Notes: generated by a model from the letters alone, not told the origin. A stretch of DNA of 64,000 bases from Sphingobacteriales bacterium (GCA_013298995.1 JAAFJW010000001.1:1047-65046), one strand, 5' to 3'; counted from the first letter of the stretch, positions 27,911 through 38,845 are shown. A program made the numbers and translations.

Positions 27911-29323
27911 ATGTTGTTTACAAGTTACCCATTTATTATACTATTATTTATTACTCTAATAATTTATTATCATAATAAAGCTAAAAAATTCCAAGTAGAG
28001 GTTTTAGTTACGAGTAGTCTAATTTTTTATGCTTACGATCAGCCTATATTAGTATTTTTATTACTTTTTTCGGCATTTGTAAATATTGTTTCAAGCTATT
28101 ATATTGTAAAAACAATACCAAAGTTTAAAAAAATTATTGCTATTTCTGGTGTTATCAGCAATTTAGCAATTTTATTTTTTTTTAAATATTCTAATTTAAT
28201 TGCCTCTATCTTTTTTGATTCTGATAGCGAAGTCATAAAATTTTTAGTAAACATACCTTTGCCTATAGGAATATCTTTTTTCACTTTTCAAGGTATAAGC
28301 CTAATAATAGATGTTTTCAAAAATGATAAAAATATTGTTGATAAAATTTTACCTATTTCGTTTTTTGAACACGCAAAAAAAGTATTATTCTTTAAATCAT
28401 TTTTTCCACAATTAATTTCTGGACCAATCGTAAAAGCTCATGATTTTTATCCTCAAATAAAATACAAAACTTTTGAAAATGTGAATTTAACTAGCTGTTT
28501 TAAACAGTTAGTGATGGGGTACTTTTTAAAAATGGTAGTTGCTGATAATCTAAAAGATTACACTTATTGGTTACTTTACCCTTATTTTGAAAATTACTCT
28601 TCAACAACTTTATTATGGCTAATTTTCGGATATTCAATGCAAATTTTTGCAGATTTTGCTGGATACTCACTTATTGCATTAGGGCTTTCTCAATTATTTG
28701 GTTACCGCTTAATACAAAATTTCGATTTTCCATACATATCAACTTCGTTTAAAGAGTTTTGGAAAAGATGGCACATCTCTTTATCTACATTTTTAATGAA
28801 ATATCTTTACATCCCTTTAGGGGGAAGTAAAAATGGAAATACCAAAACTTACCTTAATTTATTGATTACCATGATTTTAGGGGGATTGTGGCATGGTGCA
28901 CAATGGAGTTATGCTATTTGGGGATTAGCTCATGGAGCAGTTTTGGTATTAGAACGAATGACAAGCAACCTACTACCTACATTTAAATTGGGTAAAGTTG
29001 GTAAAATAATTAAAGGTATTTCTGTCTTTATATACATCACTCTAGCTTGGCTTTTATTTAAATTGCCCAATTTTAATGATGTTATTAAGTTTTTTAATAC
29101 CTTAATTATTAATTTTTATTTACCAAATAATGATAATTTAATTGTAAGTATTTTAATTTATTCAATGCCTATTATTATTTATCATTTAAGTTATTTAGCA
29201 ATCATTAATAATATTTTAAAAAATAAAATTAGATTTATTGAACCATTTATCTACGCAATTTTACTTTTCTTAATTTTTACAAATAGTGGATCTCAAGGTA
29301 GTTTTATTTACTTTCAATTTTAA
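27911..29323 (+). CDS. MBOAT-family membrane O-acyltransferase (AlgI/DltB-like)
   Basis: 470 aa polytopic. FWKRWHISLSTFLMKYLYIPLGGSK and GGLWHG (conserved His) are hallmarks. Confidence 0.85.
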   Translation: MLFTSYPFIILLFITLIIYYHNKAKKFQVEVLVTSSLIFYAYDQPILVFLLLFSAFVNIVSSYYIVKTIPKFKKIIAISGVISNLAILFFFKYSNLIASIFFDSDSEVIKFLVNIPLPIGISFFTFQGISLIIDVFKNDKNIVDKILPISFFEHAKKVLFFKSFFPQLISGPIVKAHDFYPQIKYKTFENVNLTSCFKQLVMGYFLKMVVADNLKDYTYWLLYPYFENYSSTTLLWLIFGYSMQIFADFAGYSLIALGLSQLFGYRLIQNFDFPYISTSFKEFWKRWHISLSTFLMKYLYIPLGGSKNGNTKTYLNLLITMILGGLWHGAQWSYAIWGLAHGAVLVLERMTSNLLPTFKLGKVGKIIKGISVFIYITLAWLLFKLPNFNDVIKFFNTLIINFYLPNNDNLIVSILIYSMPIIIYHLSYLAIINNILKNKIRFIEPFIYAILLFLIFTNSGSQGSFIYFQF

Positions 29324-29326
29324 AAA

Positions 29327-30190
29327 ATGATAAAAAAAGTATTATTAATTACCGTTACATTATTTATTAGCTATGCAATTTTTATTGCTTTAAAACCAAT
29401 AGATTATGGAGTTAGCCAGCATCAATGGCAAGATAATATTGTTAAAGCGCAAAAATTAATTTTTAACAAACAAATTAAATACAATTATATTATTGTAGGC
29501 TCATCTTTATCTTGTAGACTAATTAAGGATAGCTTACCCCAAAAAACGTATAATTTAGCTTTTGGAGGTTTAAGTGTTTACGATGGTATGAGTTTATTGG
29601 TAAGCCACAAATTATGGCCAAAATATGTTTTAATAGAAACAAATCTCATTATGAGAAGTGAGGATAAAATATTTACCTCCAGCTTAAATAATTTCATTTA
29701 TACAAAAATTAAACAAAATATTATAGCACTACGTGAAGATAAACAACCTTTGGCTTTATTAAGTACTTATATAAATCGTTTTATGAATTTTTTTGATTAT
29801 AAAACACAGTATGATAAAAGTAATAGTGTACCTAAAAACAAATATGAAACCGTAAATAAATTAGTAAATTTAAATAAGGCTAACTATGTAAAACCGTTAG
29901 ATAAATCTGAAATCAATCAGCATTTATTAGAACTAAAAAAGTTTATCAAAATGTTGGAACAAAATCATGTAAAAGTAATTTTCTATGAAATGCCCATTCA
30001 CCCAGTATTAGAAAATACGTACTTAACAAAAACAATTAGAAAGGAAATTCAAGCTAATTTTCAAAATTTAACTTATATATTACCTTGTAATAAACCTTTA
30101 GAAACAACTGATGGACTACATTTAAGCCAAAGTTCTGCATCTTATTTTACTGGATTTTTTAGACAAAAAATTAATGCTGCTAAAAATTAG
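29327..30190 (+). CDS. Hypothetical membrane-anchored protein, possible extracytoplasmic partner of the MBOAT enzyme
   Basis: N-terminal TM anchor, then IIVGSSLSCRL (a GSS-like motif as in DltD/SGNH partners). The call rests on position, not homology. Confidence 0.3.
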   Translation: MIKKVLLITVTLFISYAIFIALKPIDYGVSQHQWQDNIVKAQKLIFNKQIKYNYIIVGSSLSCRLIKDSLPQKTYNLAFGGLSVYDGMSLLVSHKLWPKYVLIETNLIMRSEDKIFTSSLNNFIYTKIKQNIIALREDKQPLALLSTYINRFMNFFDYKTQYDKSNSVPKNKYETVNKLVNLNKANYVKPLDKSEINQHLLELKKFIKMLEQNHVKVIFYEMPIHPVLENTYLTKTIRKEIQANFQNLTYILPCNKPLETTDGLHLSQSSASYFTGFFRQKINAAKN

Positions 30191-30240
30191 TTTTTTATCT
30201 ATTAGCTTACTTTTGCATTTTACGAAATAGTAATTAATTA

Positions 30241-31491
30241 ATGAAAATTCTACATATCCTAACAGCAGATACAGGTGGCGCCGCAACAGGTGCAATAAGA
30301 CAACATAACTCGCTGTTGGATATTCATTTAGATTCTAAGATTTTATGTTGCTATAAAAACGCCCAATCAATAAAAAATATTGAATATTTTAATAAAAAAA
30401 ATCAAAAGAATTTAGCTAAAAAAATAGTTGAAAAAATTGGTTTTAAATTTAGCAACTACGATAAAGAAATTTTCAAAATTGAAAAACTTGGAAAATCATT
30501 CGCTGATGGCGGTACCTACGAACTTTTTTCAAACCCATACTCTAATTATAATATTAACAATCACCCGTTAGTTAAACAAGCCGACGTAATAAACCTACAT
30601 TGGACGTCTGGCTTTTTAGATATTCCCTCGTTTTTAAAAACAAATACTAAGCCAATAGTTTGGACTCTGCATGATATGTACCCTTATTTGGGTGGCTTTC
30701 ACTATGATATAGATTTAGAAAACAATTCTAGTTTCAAATTAATTGAAGAGAAGTACATAAATATTAAGATAGATGCACTAAAAAATACAAAATATGCAAT
30801 AGTAGGCAACAGTAAATGGAATACACAAAAAGCTAAAGAAAGTGTAGTTTTTAAAAATGCTCAATCATTTGATACAGTTTATTATCCGCTTCTAAGTTCA
30901 CAATTTACCCCTATTGAAAAAACTGTTGCAAAAACTGCCTTAAATATACCAAACAGCAAATTTGTAATTGGTTTTGCCTGTGAAAATTTATCTAACCCAC
31001 GTAAAGGTTATTTAAACTTATTAGAATCACTTGAAAAACTACCCGAAAATATTAAACAAAATATCGTATGCTTAAACTTTGGTAACACAACAACAAACGG
31101 AAAAGAATTTAAAACCCTGCAATATATACAGTTAGGTTCAATTAACAATCCAAAAATACAATCTATTGCATACTCGGCTATGGATTTGTTTATTATACCC
31201 TCAACCGCTGAAGCATTTGGACTTACTGCAATGGAAGCAATAGCCTGTAAAACGCCAGTTTTGGGCAATAATGTAGGCGGCATACCTGAAATGATTGAAA
31301 ACAATGTTACAGGTTTTTTATTTGATACCAATCAACCAAACTCCTTATTAACTAATATTTTAAAAATAATAGAAATGGATTTTGAAAAAAGAAATACAAT
31401 AGCCGAAAACGGCTTTAATCACATTAAACTTCAACACAACCCAATTATAATTGCATCTAAATACAAACAAATTTACCAAACATTAGTATAG
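30241..31491 (+). CDS. Glycosyltransferase family 4 (GT-B)
   Basis: C-terminal motif PSTAEAFGLTAMEAIACKTPVLGNNVGGIPEMIENNVTGFLF. Confidence 0.8.
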   Translation: MKILHILTADTGGAATGAIRQHNSLLDIHLDSKILCCYKNAQSIKNIEYFNKKNQKNLAKKIVEKIGFKFSNYDKEIFKIEKLGKSFADGGTYELFSNPYSNYNINNHPLVKQADVINLHWTSGFLDIPSFLKTNTKPIVWTLHDMYPYLGGFHYDIDLENNSSFKLIEEKYINIKIDALKNTKYAIVGNSKWNTQKAKESVVFKNAQSFDTVYYPLLSSQFTPIEKTVAKTALNIPNSKFVIGFACENLSNPRKGYLNLLESLEKLPENIKQNIVCLNFGNTTTNGKEFKTLQYIQLGSINNPKIQSIAYSAMDLFIIPSTAEAFGLTAMEAIACKTPVLGNNVGGIPEMIENNVTGFLFDTNQPNSLLTNILKIIEMDFEKRNTIAENGFNHIKLQHNPIIIASKYKQIYQTLV

Positions 31492-32711
31492 TGAGCGGTT
31501 TATTAAATTATTTGCCTAAAGTTGATTCAGATAAAATTGGATGGCCTTGGTCTGTTGAGGTAGGTAAAGAAGAGTATAGTTGTAATATCAATTGGCCTAA
31601 AATAACTATTGTTACACCAAGCTATAATCAAGGTTGTTTTATTGAAGAAACAATAAGATCTATTCTACTGCAAAACTATCCAAATTTAGAATATATTATT
31701 TTTGATGCTGAAAGTACAGATGATACAATAGAAATACTTAAAAAGTATAGTGATTATTTAACTTATTGGAAAAGCGAAAAGGATAATGGGCAAACAGATG
31801 CAATAAAAAAAGGGCTTAATATAACCACAGGTACACTTTTTAATTGGATTAACAGCGATGATTTTTTACAGCCAAAAGCACTTTTGGTAATTGCTTTGGC
31901 TTATATTGTTAACAGTAATATAGACATTTTAACTGGTACAACTATAAATATTTCGCAACAAGGAGAATATATTTCAAAATTTCATTTTAATACTCAAAGA
32001 TTAATAGATAATATGTTATTTGATGTTGGGGTAAACCAACCTGGCAGTTTTTGGCGAACAGATTTAATATTGGAATTGGGTTTAAATAGTAATTTACATT
32101 ATATAATGGATTTAGATATATGGTTTAGATACTTGTATAAATATGGAAAAAATAACATTTACTTACTAAATCACGATGTAGCCAGTTTTAGATTGCATAC
32201 TAATTCAAAAACCGTCTCTATGTCTAATAAGTTCAATATTGAAGAATTTGGAATATATATGGTTTATTTTTCAAACGTAATTCTTAAAAGTGCTCCTTTA
32301 TTTTTTATAAAAAATCAATTTAGCGAGTATTTTAAAAAAATAGAAATAGCAGATAACAAAATATTAGATATTAGCTTACAGGATAATTTAAAAATGGAGT
32401 ATTTGCTTCTTAATAAATTGCTCACACAAAATATGCTAATATTTTCGATACTTGAAGATACTGGTATGAATAAGAAAGACCAATTTAGGTTTATAGTTAA
32501 CTTACCAAGTACTGAAGATGTAAATAAATCTAATGCCCTAAAATCAATGAGTTTGTTAAAATTTATACAATCAAATAAATTAATAACAATACCTTTTTTT
32601 TATGAATGTTTTGTTTTAAATAAAAACAAAATATTACTATCTGATTTGACTAGAACTTTTTTTAGGAATTTTTTATTTAACCTAAAAAATCGCTTAAGAC
32701 TGATAAATTAG
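31491..32711 (+). CDS. Glycosyltransferase family 2
   Basis: ITIVTPSYNQGCFIEETIRSILLQNYPNLEYIIFDAESTDDT. GTG start overlaps the previous stop by 1 nt, and there is no in-frame ATG nearby. Confidence 0.75.
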   Translation: MSGLLNYLPKVDSDKIGWPWSVEVGKEEYSCNINWPKITIVTPSYNQGCFIEETIRSILLQNYPNLEYIIFDAESTDDTIEILKKYSDYLTYWKSEKDNGQTDAIKKGLNITTGTLFNWINSDDFLQPKALLVIALAYIVNSNIDILTGTTINISQQGEYISKFHFNTQRLIDNMLFDVGVNQPGSFWRTDLILELGLNSNLHYIMDLDIWFRYLYKYGKNNIYLLNHDVASFRLHTNSKTVSMSNKFNIEEFGIYMVYFSNVILKSAPLFFIKNQFSEYFKKIEIADNKILDISLQDNLKMEYLLLNKLLTQNMLIFSILEDTGMNKKDQFRFIVNLPSTEDVNKSNALKSMSLLKFIQSNKLITIPFFYECFVLNKNKILLSDLTRTFFRNFLFNLKNRLRLIN

Positions 32712-32717
32712 TTTTTT

Positions 32718-33575
32718 ATGGAAGATTTAGTTTCGGTAATTGTGCCCACTTATAATGCATCAAGTTTTATTTTAGATACACTTATTAGCATCCAAAATCA
32801 AACATATAAAAATTGGGAATGCTTAATAATTGACGATGGATCTACAGACAACACATATCATGTTATAGAAAAAATTATTGTTGATGATAACAGATTTAAA
32901 TATCATTACCAAACTAATGTAGGCTTAAGTGCTTCACGCAATGCCGGCATTTTAAAATCTAAGGGTAATTTTGTGCTTTTTTTAGATTCGGATGATTTGA
33001 TTAATATACATAAAATTGAAGCACACTTAAATTACCATAGTCAATATCCTGTAATTGATATTACTTATGGCAATGCTCTCTATTTTTATGATAAAAGTCC
33101 AGAGAATTTTTTTTTGAATAAAAATAATAGTAATATAGAATGGATGTTGAAAATACAAGGTTATGGAAACGAAATACTTACTAAATTATTTAAAAAAAAT
33201 ATGATGGTAGTAAGTTCACCAATTATAAAAAAAAAGGTAATTGATAAAATTGGTGGTTTTGATAGTGCATTTACTAGTTTAGAGGATTGGGATTATTGGA
33301 TTAGACTTGCAATTAATAATTGTTATTTTTACCACATTAATGCAGATTGTGCATCTACTTATATAAGATTGTCATCAAATAGTATGTCAATGAATAGTTT
33401 AAGAATGCATAAAAATCAATATAATTTATTGAAAAAATATAAAAAATATAAAACTGCAAGTTTAATGCTTAAAAAGCAAAGAAAATTTTACATTAAAGCT
33501 TTTTTTGCTAAACTACTTAAGTTGGATTTTGAATTTAAAGATTTCCCTTTTATCTATATTGTTAATAGTTGGTAA
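32718..33575 (+). CDS. Glycosyltransferase family 2
   Basis: VSVIVPTYNASSFILDTLISIQNQTYKNWECLIIDDGSTDNT, followed by the DSDD motif. Confidence 0.8.
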   Translation: MEDLVSVIVPTYNASSFILDTLISIQNQTYKNWECLIIDDGSTDNTYHVIEKIIVDDNRFKYHYQTNVGLSASRNAGILKSKGNFVLFLDSDDLINIHKIEAHLNYHSQYPVIDITYGNALYFYDKSPENFFLNKNNSNIEWMLKIQGYGNEILTKLFKKNMMVVSSPIIKKKVIDKIGGFDSAFTSLEDWDYWIRLAINNCYFYHINADCASTYIRLSSNSMSMNSLRMHKNQYNLLKKYKKYKTASLMLKKQRKFYIKAFFAKLLKLDFEFKDFPFIYIVNSW

Positions 33576-33619
33576 ATATTTTTCAAATAAACTCACATAT
33601 AAAATACTATTTAATCAAA

Positions 33620-34480
33620 ATGATAAAAACACTACTAAAGAAAACCGCAAAAAAACTGATTGAGAGAATTACCGATTTTAAATTTATTAATAATTCAGTA
33701 ATTATTAGAAAATTTATACCCTATAAAGAAAATCAAGATTCATTTGTATTAAGCACACAAACACTAATTGTTAAACAATTAGATAGTAATAATTTGCCCC
33801 TACCACCTATAGAAAACTGGTTGGGATATGGTTCAAATGCAGAAGAATATGTAGAATCGGGTAAAAAAGATATTGATGTGCTTATATCAATTTTAAAAAA
33901 TCAAAACTTTAAATGGGATGCCAATAATACTATATTAGATTTAGGTTGTGGCGGTGGTAGAATGATAAGGCATTTATTTGATTATGCAGATAAATCTAAA
34001 ATATTCGGGTGTGATATTAATTCTAATCTTATTCAATGGTGTAAATTTCATTTACAACCACCCTTCAATTTTTTAACAAATACAACTATACCACATCTGC
34101 CATTTGAAGGTAAATATTTTGATTTAATATATACTGGTTCGGTATTTACACATATTGACGATTTGGCCGATGCTTGGTTTTACGAATGCTGTAGAGTTTT
34201 AAAACCGGGTGCATATTTATATGCCACCATTCACGACGAACATTCTATTATGTTGTTAAAAACTAAATATGCAAACCAAAAAATTTCTAATTTGCTAGAG
34301 TCTGAAATAGAAAATATACCCACAGAAAATTATTTAATTTCGATAGGTCGTGACAATGATTCTCAAGTTTATTACGCAAAAGATTATTTTATAAAAACAG
34401 TAAGTCAGTTGTTTGATATAGTTTCCGTAACTCAAGAAGCTTATGGATACCAAACCGCATATTTGTTAAGAAAAAAGTAA
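33620..34480 (+). CDS. Class I SAM-dependent methyltransferase
   Basis: Motif I ILDLGCGGGRMIRHL and post-I/II LKPGAYLY. I prefer ATG 33620 over the TTG at 33569. Confidence 0.75.
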   Translation: MIKTLLKKTAKKLIERITDFKFINNSVIIRKFIPYKENQDSFVLSTQTLIVKQLDSNNLPLPPIENWLGYGSNAEEYVESGKKDIDVLISILKNQNFKWDANNTILDLGCGGGRMIRHLFDYADKSKIFGCDINSNLIQWCKFHLQPPFNFLTNTTIPHLPFEGKYFDLIYTGSVFTHIDDLADAWFYECCRVLKPGAYLYATIHDEHSIMLLKTKYANQKISNLLESEIENIPTENYLISIGRDNDSQVYYAKDYFIKTVSQLFDIVSVTQEAYGYQTAYLLRKK

Positions 34481-34535
34481 AGATTAATTAAAAAATCCCT
34501 TTTATTAAAAATAAAACACAATAGTTTGTAATTTA

Positions 34536-35558
34536 ATGATAGCATTTTGCACTATTACAACTTTTTCATATTGCCCGTATGCGCTACAACTAGCCAGCAA
34601 TATAAAAACACTCCATCCCGAAGCTGACTTTTTTCATTTGATAATAGATGCAACTGATGAAGAATGTTTAGCTATTTCAAAAGAGCATAATTACAAAGCT
34701 CTACCCATTTCTTTTGTTGAGGATGACGAAATCGAAAGTATGAAAATTTATTTTGACGCTTTTGAATTTTGCAATTCTTTAAAACCTTTGTTTTTTAAAT
34801 TTTTGTTTCTAAAAACCTCCATTGAAAAATTAATTTATTTAGATGCAGATATTTATGTTTTAAATAAATTTGATAGTGCACTTGAAATATTAAATACAAA
34901 ACAATTTTTACTCACACCTCACACCTTTAACCCAACACCACATAATTTAAGCACTTACTCCGATTTTATGTGTGTACAATTTGGCTTATACAATGGTGGA
35001 TTTTATGGTATGTCTAGGAGTGCTTCAACAATAAAAATTTTAGATTGGTTATTTGATAATTTAAAATTACATGGTTTTGTGAATTGGAGTACAGGAGAAT
35101 TTGTTGATCAAAAATTTTTAACACTTATACCTCATTTTTTTTCTCAAAACACACATATTATTAGTCATTTAGGTTATAATATTGCCTATTGGAATAATGA
35201 AGAACGTAAACAAATTAGTAATAATGATATAGTGTTTTTTCATTTTAGTGGTTATAAACCAAGCCAACCTAACAAAGTATGTTCTTATATTTCTTTAGAA
35301 TCAAATCAACATATTTTATCTAACGATATTTTTAATAAAATTTTCGTTGATTATAAAACTAAATTGGAGTTTTATACTAAAGATAAAACATACCATACAA
35401 GCTACAGACATGCAAAATTAAATAACAAACGACTAACAAAAAGCTTACGCAAATATTATTTTATAAATCGAAGTTTTAGTCATTATTATACAAAAAAAAT
35501 ATTTTCTCCTTTTTATAAATTATATAAAAAAATAAAATTTAAAATTATCCCAAATTAA
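34536..35558 (+). CDS. Hypothetical protein, possible GT-A nucleotide-sugar transferase
   Basis: DxD-like LIYLDADIYVL about 100 aa from the N-terminus. No further motif recognised. Confidence 0.35.
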   Translation: MIAFCTITTFSYCPYALQLASNIKTLHPEADFFHLIIDATDEECLAISKEHNYKALPISFVEDDEIESMKIYFDAFEFCNSLKPLFFKFLFLKTSIEKLIYLDADIYVLNKFDSALEILNTKQFLLTPHTFNPTPHNLSTYSDFMCVQFGLYNGGFYGMSRSASTIKILDWLFDNLKLHGFVNWSTGEFVDQKFLTLIPHFFSQNTHIISHLGYNIAYWNNEERKQISNNDIVFFHFSGYKPSQPNKVCSYISLESNQHILSNDIFNKIFVDYKTKLEFYTKDKTYHTSYRHAKLNNKRLTKSLRKYYFINRSFSHYYTKKIFSPFYKLYKKIKFKIIPN

Positions 35559-36526
35559 TGATTAATTTATTTTACGAAGAGCCAAATCCCGATAGATGGG
35601 TGCCATTTGATAGGTATCCAAGAGGATTTATTAGACGAATAGTTAGAGGCGAACCACCAATTGGCGGTGTACAACGCTGGTATTTAAACTTAAAGAAAGG
35701 CCTCGAATTAATAGGAGCCGATTTTAAAGATCTATCTTATACCAACCCCCAAAAAAACAAACATTCAACCTCTTGCATTATCGGAAAACCACACGTTATT
35801 CAAAAATGCAATCACACTCAACCAATAATTCTTGGGCCTGGTTTGCCCTCGCATCCTTATGATTTTAAAGATTGGGAAAAATACAATATCAAAAAAATAC
35901 TTATTTCTTGCGATTGGTTTAAGCAAATGTATGATGAATATTTACCAGTTAAAATACCTACAATTGTTTGGCCTAGTGGTATTGATACCCATTTATGGAG
36001 CCCTACCCAAACAATCAAAAACAAGATAATTGTTTATGATAAAGTGAGGTGGGAGCGCAACAGGTATTTACCTAATTTAATATACCCCATATTAGAATCT
36101 TTAAAAAATAAAGGTGAAGAAATAATTTATTTTAAGTATGGCTCATACAAAGAAGAAGATTATTTAGCGGCATTAAAAGAAGCTAAAGCAATGATCTTTC
36201 TTTGCGAACACGAAACTCAAGGATTTGCATATTTACAAGCACTATCTTGTAACGTACCTATTTATGCTTGGAATAGAAAAGGATTTTGGCAAGACCCCAC
36301 ACTTTACCCACACAGTGTAAAGTTTAAAAATGTATCTTCTATACCATACTGGGATGAAAGGTGTGGTATTGAATTCGAAGACTTTGATACTTATCAACAC
36401 AAACAAAATGATTTTTGGCTAAAATTAAACAGTAAATTTTTTAACCCGAGAGAATACATTTTAGAAAACTTAACATTAGAAAAATGCGCCCAAAAATATG
36501 TAGATATTGTAAATTCAATCTATTGA
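35558..36526 (+). CDS. Hypothetical protein, possible GT-B glycosyltransferase
   Basis: EHETQGFAYLQALSCNVPIYAW resembles the GT4 E-x7-E region. ATG overlaps the preceding stop. Confidence 0.3.
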   Translation: MINLFYEEPNPDRWVPFDRYPRGFIRRIVRGEPPIGGVQRWYLNLKKGLELIGADFKDLSYTNPQKNKHSTSCIIGKPHVIQKCNHTQPIILGPGLPSHPYDFKDWEKYNIKKILISCDWFKQMYDEYLPVKIPTIVWPSGIDTHLWSPTQTIKNKIIVYDKVRWERNRYLPNLIYPILESLKNKGEEIIYFKYGSYKEEDYLAALKEAKAMIFLCEHETQGFAYLQALSCNVPIYAWNRKGFWQDPTLYPHSVKFKNVSSIPYWDERCGIEFEDFDTYQHKQNDFWLKLNSKFFNPREYILENLTLEKCAQKYVDIVNSIY

Positions 36527-36652
36527 TTTTAAAATATTTTAAATACATCTTGTCAAAAAAATAAAAATATATAATCTTTATAAAATAGAAATGCGATATT
36601 ATGAATACTTCCGAAAAATAATAAATACAACAAATAAATATCAATATTAGAA

Positions 36653-37606
36653 ATGACGCAAATTACACTCCAAGTATCACTTGCCCCTTCAGATTTTAAA
36701 CACGTTGTGCATTTACTGCCACACCAATTAAAAGTATTTGGCAGCCAAGTTGATGAGATATTGCTAACGTATGATACCCACAAAAGTAAAGGTAGGTTTG
36801 CTTTAAATTGGGATGACAATAACGCTAAAATGTGGCCATTTTTACAAAAATGTGCAAGCGATAATCCTAAAATACGGCTGTTAAAAATTAATTATTCTAA
36901 AGCAAAAAATACAGAAATAGCTCGAAAGTATTTTAACAAAAATTTAATACCTGCCAAAGACTGGCGTGGTGGGCCTTTTTATACTTATTTTTTTGGTTTA
37001 AATGAAGCTAAAAACGATTATGTTTTTCATATAGATTCTGATATGTTTTTTGGTGGTTTAAGCCAAACCTGGATGGCAGAAGCATTGGAATTATTTGAAT
37101 CTGATGATAAAATATTGTTTTTAAACCCGCTACCAGGCCCCCCTAAAGAAGATGGCTCATTAATTGACCAAAATTATAAAATATACAAAAGTAATTTAAC
37201 AAACTCTGGTACACTTTTTTATAAATTTAATGGCATTAGTACAAGATTATTTATGGTTAATAAAAAAGAATTCGAAAAAAATAAAATTAAAACCAAAATT
37301 TACACCACAAAACCACGTGAATTTTTAAGAGCCGTTTATAAGAATAATCCACCATTTAGATTGCCTGAAGAAATTTTAAGCGATTATTTAATTCAAAATT
37401 CTAAATTTAGAATAGATTTTTTAGGCTCTGGTTTGGGGCTTTGGTCATTACATCCGCCATACAGAACCGAAAAATTTTATGAAGATTTGCCCCAAATTAT
37501 TCAAAAAATTGAAAATGGAGAAATTCCAGATTCGCAAAAAGGGTTTTATGATATTGTGGACGAGTTAGTAGACTGGACTGAAGCTAAAAATAAGCTCAAA
37601 CATTGA
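36653..37606 (+). CDS. Hypothetical protein, possible GT-A-like transferase
   Basis: VFHIDSDMFF (DxD-like). Otherwise unrecognised. Confidence 0.25.
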   Translation: MTQITLQVSLAPSDFKHVVHLLPHQLKVFGSQVDEILLTYDTHKSKGRFALNWDDNNAKMWPFLQKCASDNPKIRLLKINYSKAKNTEIARKYFNKNLIPAKDWRGGPFYTYFFGLNEAKNDYVFHIDSDMFFGGLSQTWMAEALELFESDDKILFLNPLPGPPKEDGSLIDQNYKIYKSNLTNSGTLFYKFNGISTRLFMVNKKEFEKNKIKTKIYTTKPREFLRAVYKNNPPFRLPEEILSDYLIQNSKFRIDFLGSGLGLWSLHPPYRTEKFYEDLPQIIQKIENGEIPDSQKGFYDIVDELVDWTEAKNKLKH

Positions 37607-37676
37607 AGTCTATCATCCTCATTTCCTCTTATCCGCTCAAAACTATGGCTTAATCAAAATATTACTGTAACATCAA

Positions 37677-38819
37677 ATGAATTCACTTTTTTTAACTAAT
37701 AAAAATGATTTGTATGCCGAAATTTCTGGGGGAGTACAACTTTGTTCACAAGAATTTTTAGAAGTAATACGCCTAATTTCTAATACCGTTGAAATATATG
37801 AAATTAAAATTTCAAAAAATTTAAAACATCGTTTAATAAGGTTTGCAGGTTTCGATTATTATCATTTATACAATACAAAATACTACCAATTAAAATTAAT
37901 AGAAATTTTAAAAGTACAGAAAATAGATATTGTTTTTATTAATAAAGCAGAATTAGTACGATTTTCTAAAGTTATAAAAAACGAATTTGGTACGAAAATT
38001 AAAGTAGTAGTTTTGTCGCATGGTAACGAATCGGGTGATTTTTTACACGATCTTACACATCCAAGTTCTAATATTTCAAAGTTTAAACTGTTAAAAAATA
38101 AAGTAAGATTAGGTTTTAACTTATATACCGAATCTTATTTTAGACACCGCTATATAGATTTGGTTTGTGCCATGTCAGAAGAAGAAGTAGCAATAGAAAA
38201 ATGGTTGGGTGCTAAACAAGTTTTTTATTTCCCTAGGTTGATTGTAAGTAAAGAAATTGGTTGGAATCCAAAATTAGGTAGGTTTGGATTCGTGGGTACA
38301 CTTAATCATACACCTAATTTAATAGCACTAGAACAAATATGTGTGAAGCTAAATGAATTGCAAATTAGCAACCTTGAGATAAGGTTAGTTGGCAGTGGTG
38401 AAAAAGAAGGTCGAAATCTAGAAAGTAAGTATAAATTTGTCTCTTATTTAGGTCGTTTGGATGATGTAAATTTAGAAACAGAAGCATGTACTTGGCTATA
38501 TTTCTTAAATCCAATATTTTGGTATTCTAGAGGTGCTTCTATGAAATTAGGACAAGCTTTAAGTTGGGGAATACCCGTAATTTCTACATCAGCGGGTGCT
38601 CGTGGCTATAAATTTAAAAAAGGGCTTATTCCGTTTTGTAATAATAATGTCGAATCATTTGTTGAACAAATGATAGGTAAGGCTAATGACATGACGTTGG
38701 CAAAAAACATGTTTCAAAAATTGATAAATATTGAAGCATATAAATACTGCAATATTGAAATAGGTCAAGACTTAGCACAATTGATTTTAGAGTTGAATTC
38801 CAGTAGCTCGTCAAGTTAG
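37677..38819 (+). CDS. Putative GT-B glycosyltransferase, unusual C-terminus
   Basis: GASMKLGQALSWGIPVISTSAGARGY resembles the GT1/GT4 donor-binding region. It ends in ...LELNSSSSSS*, right where a foreign GT 3' remnant begins. Confidence 0.4.
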   Translation: MNSLFLTNKNDLYAEISGGVQLCSQEFLEVIRLISNTVEIYEIKISKNLKHRLIRFAGFDYYHLYNTKYYQLKLIEILKVQKIDIVFINKAELVRFSKVIKNEFGTKIKVVVLSHGNESGDFLHDLTHPSSNISKFKLLKNKVRLGFNLYTESYFRHRYIDLVCAMSEEEVAIEKWLGAKQVFYFPRLIVSKEIGWNPKLGRFGFVGTLNHTPNLIALEQICVKLNELQISNLEIRLVGSGEKEGRNLESKYKFVSYLGRLDDVNLETEACTWLYFLNPIFWYSRGASMKLGQALSWGIPVISTSAGARGYKFKKGLIPFCNNNVESFVEQMIGKANDMTLAKNMFQKLINIEAYKYCNIEIGQDLAQLILELNSSSSSS

Positions 38820-38845
38820 CGCATCGATTGCCGAACCTCTGATAA

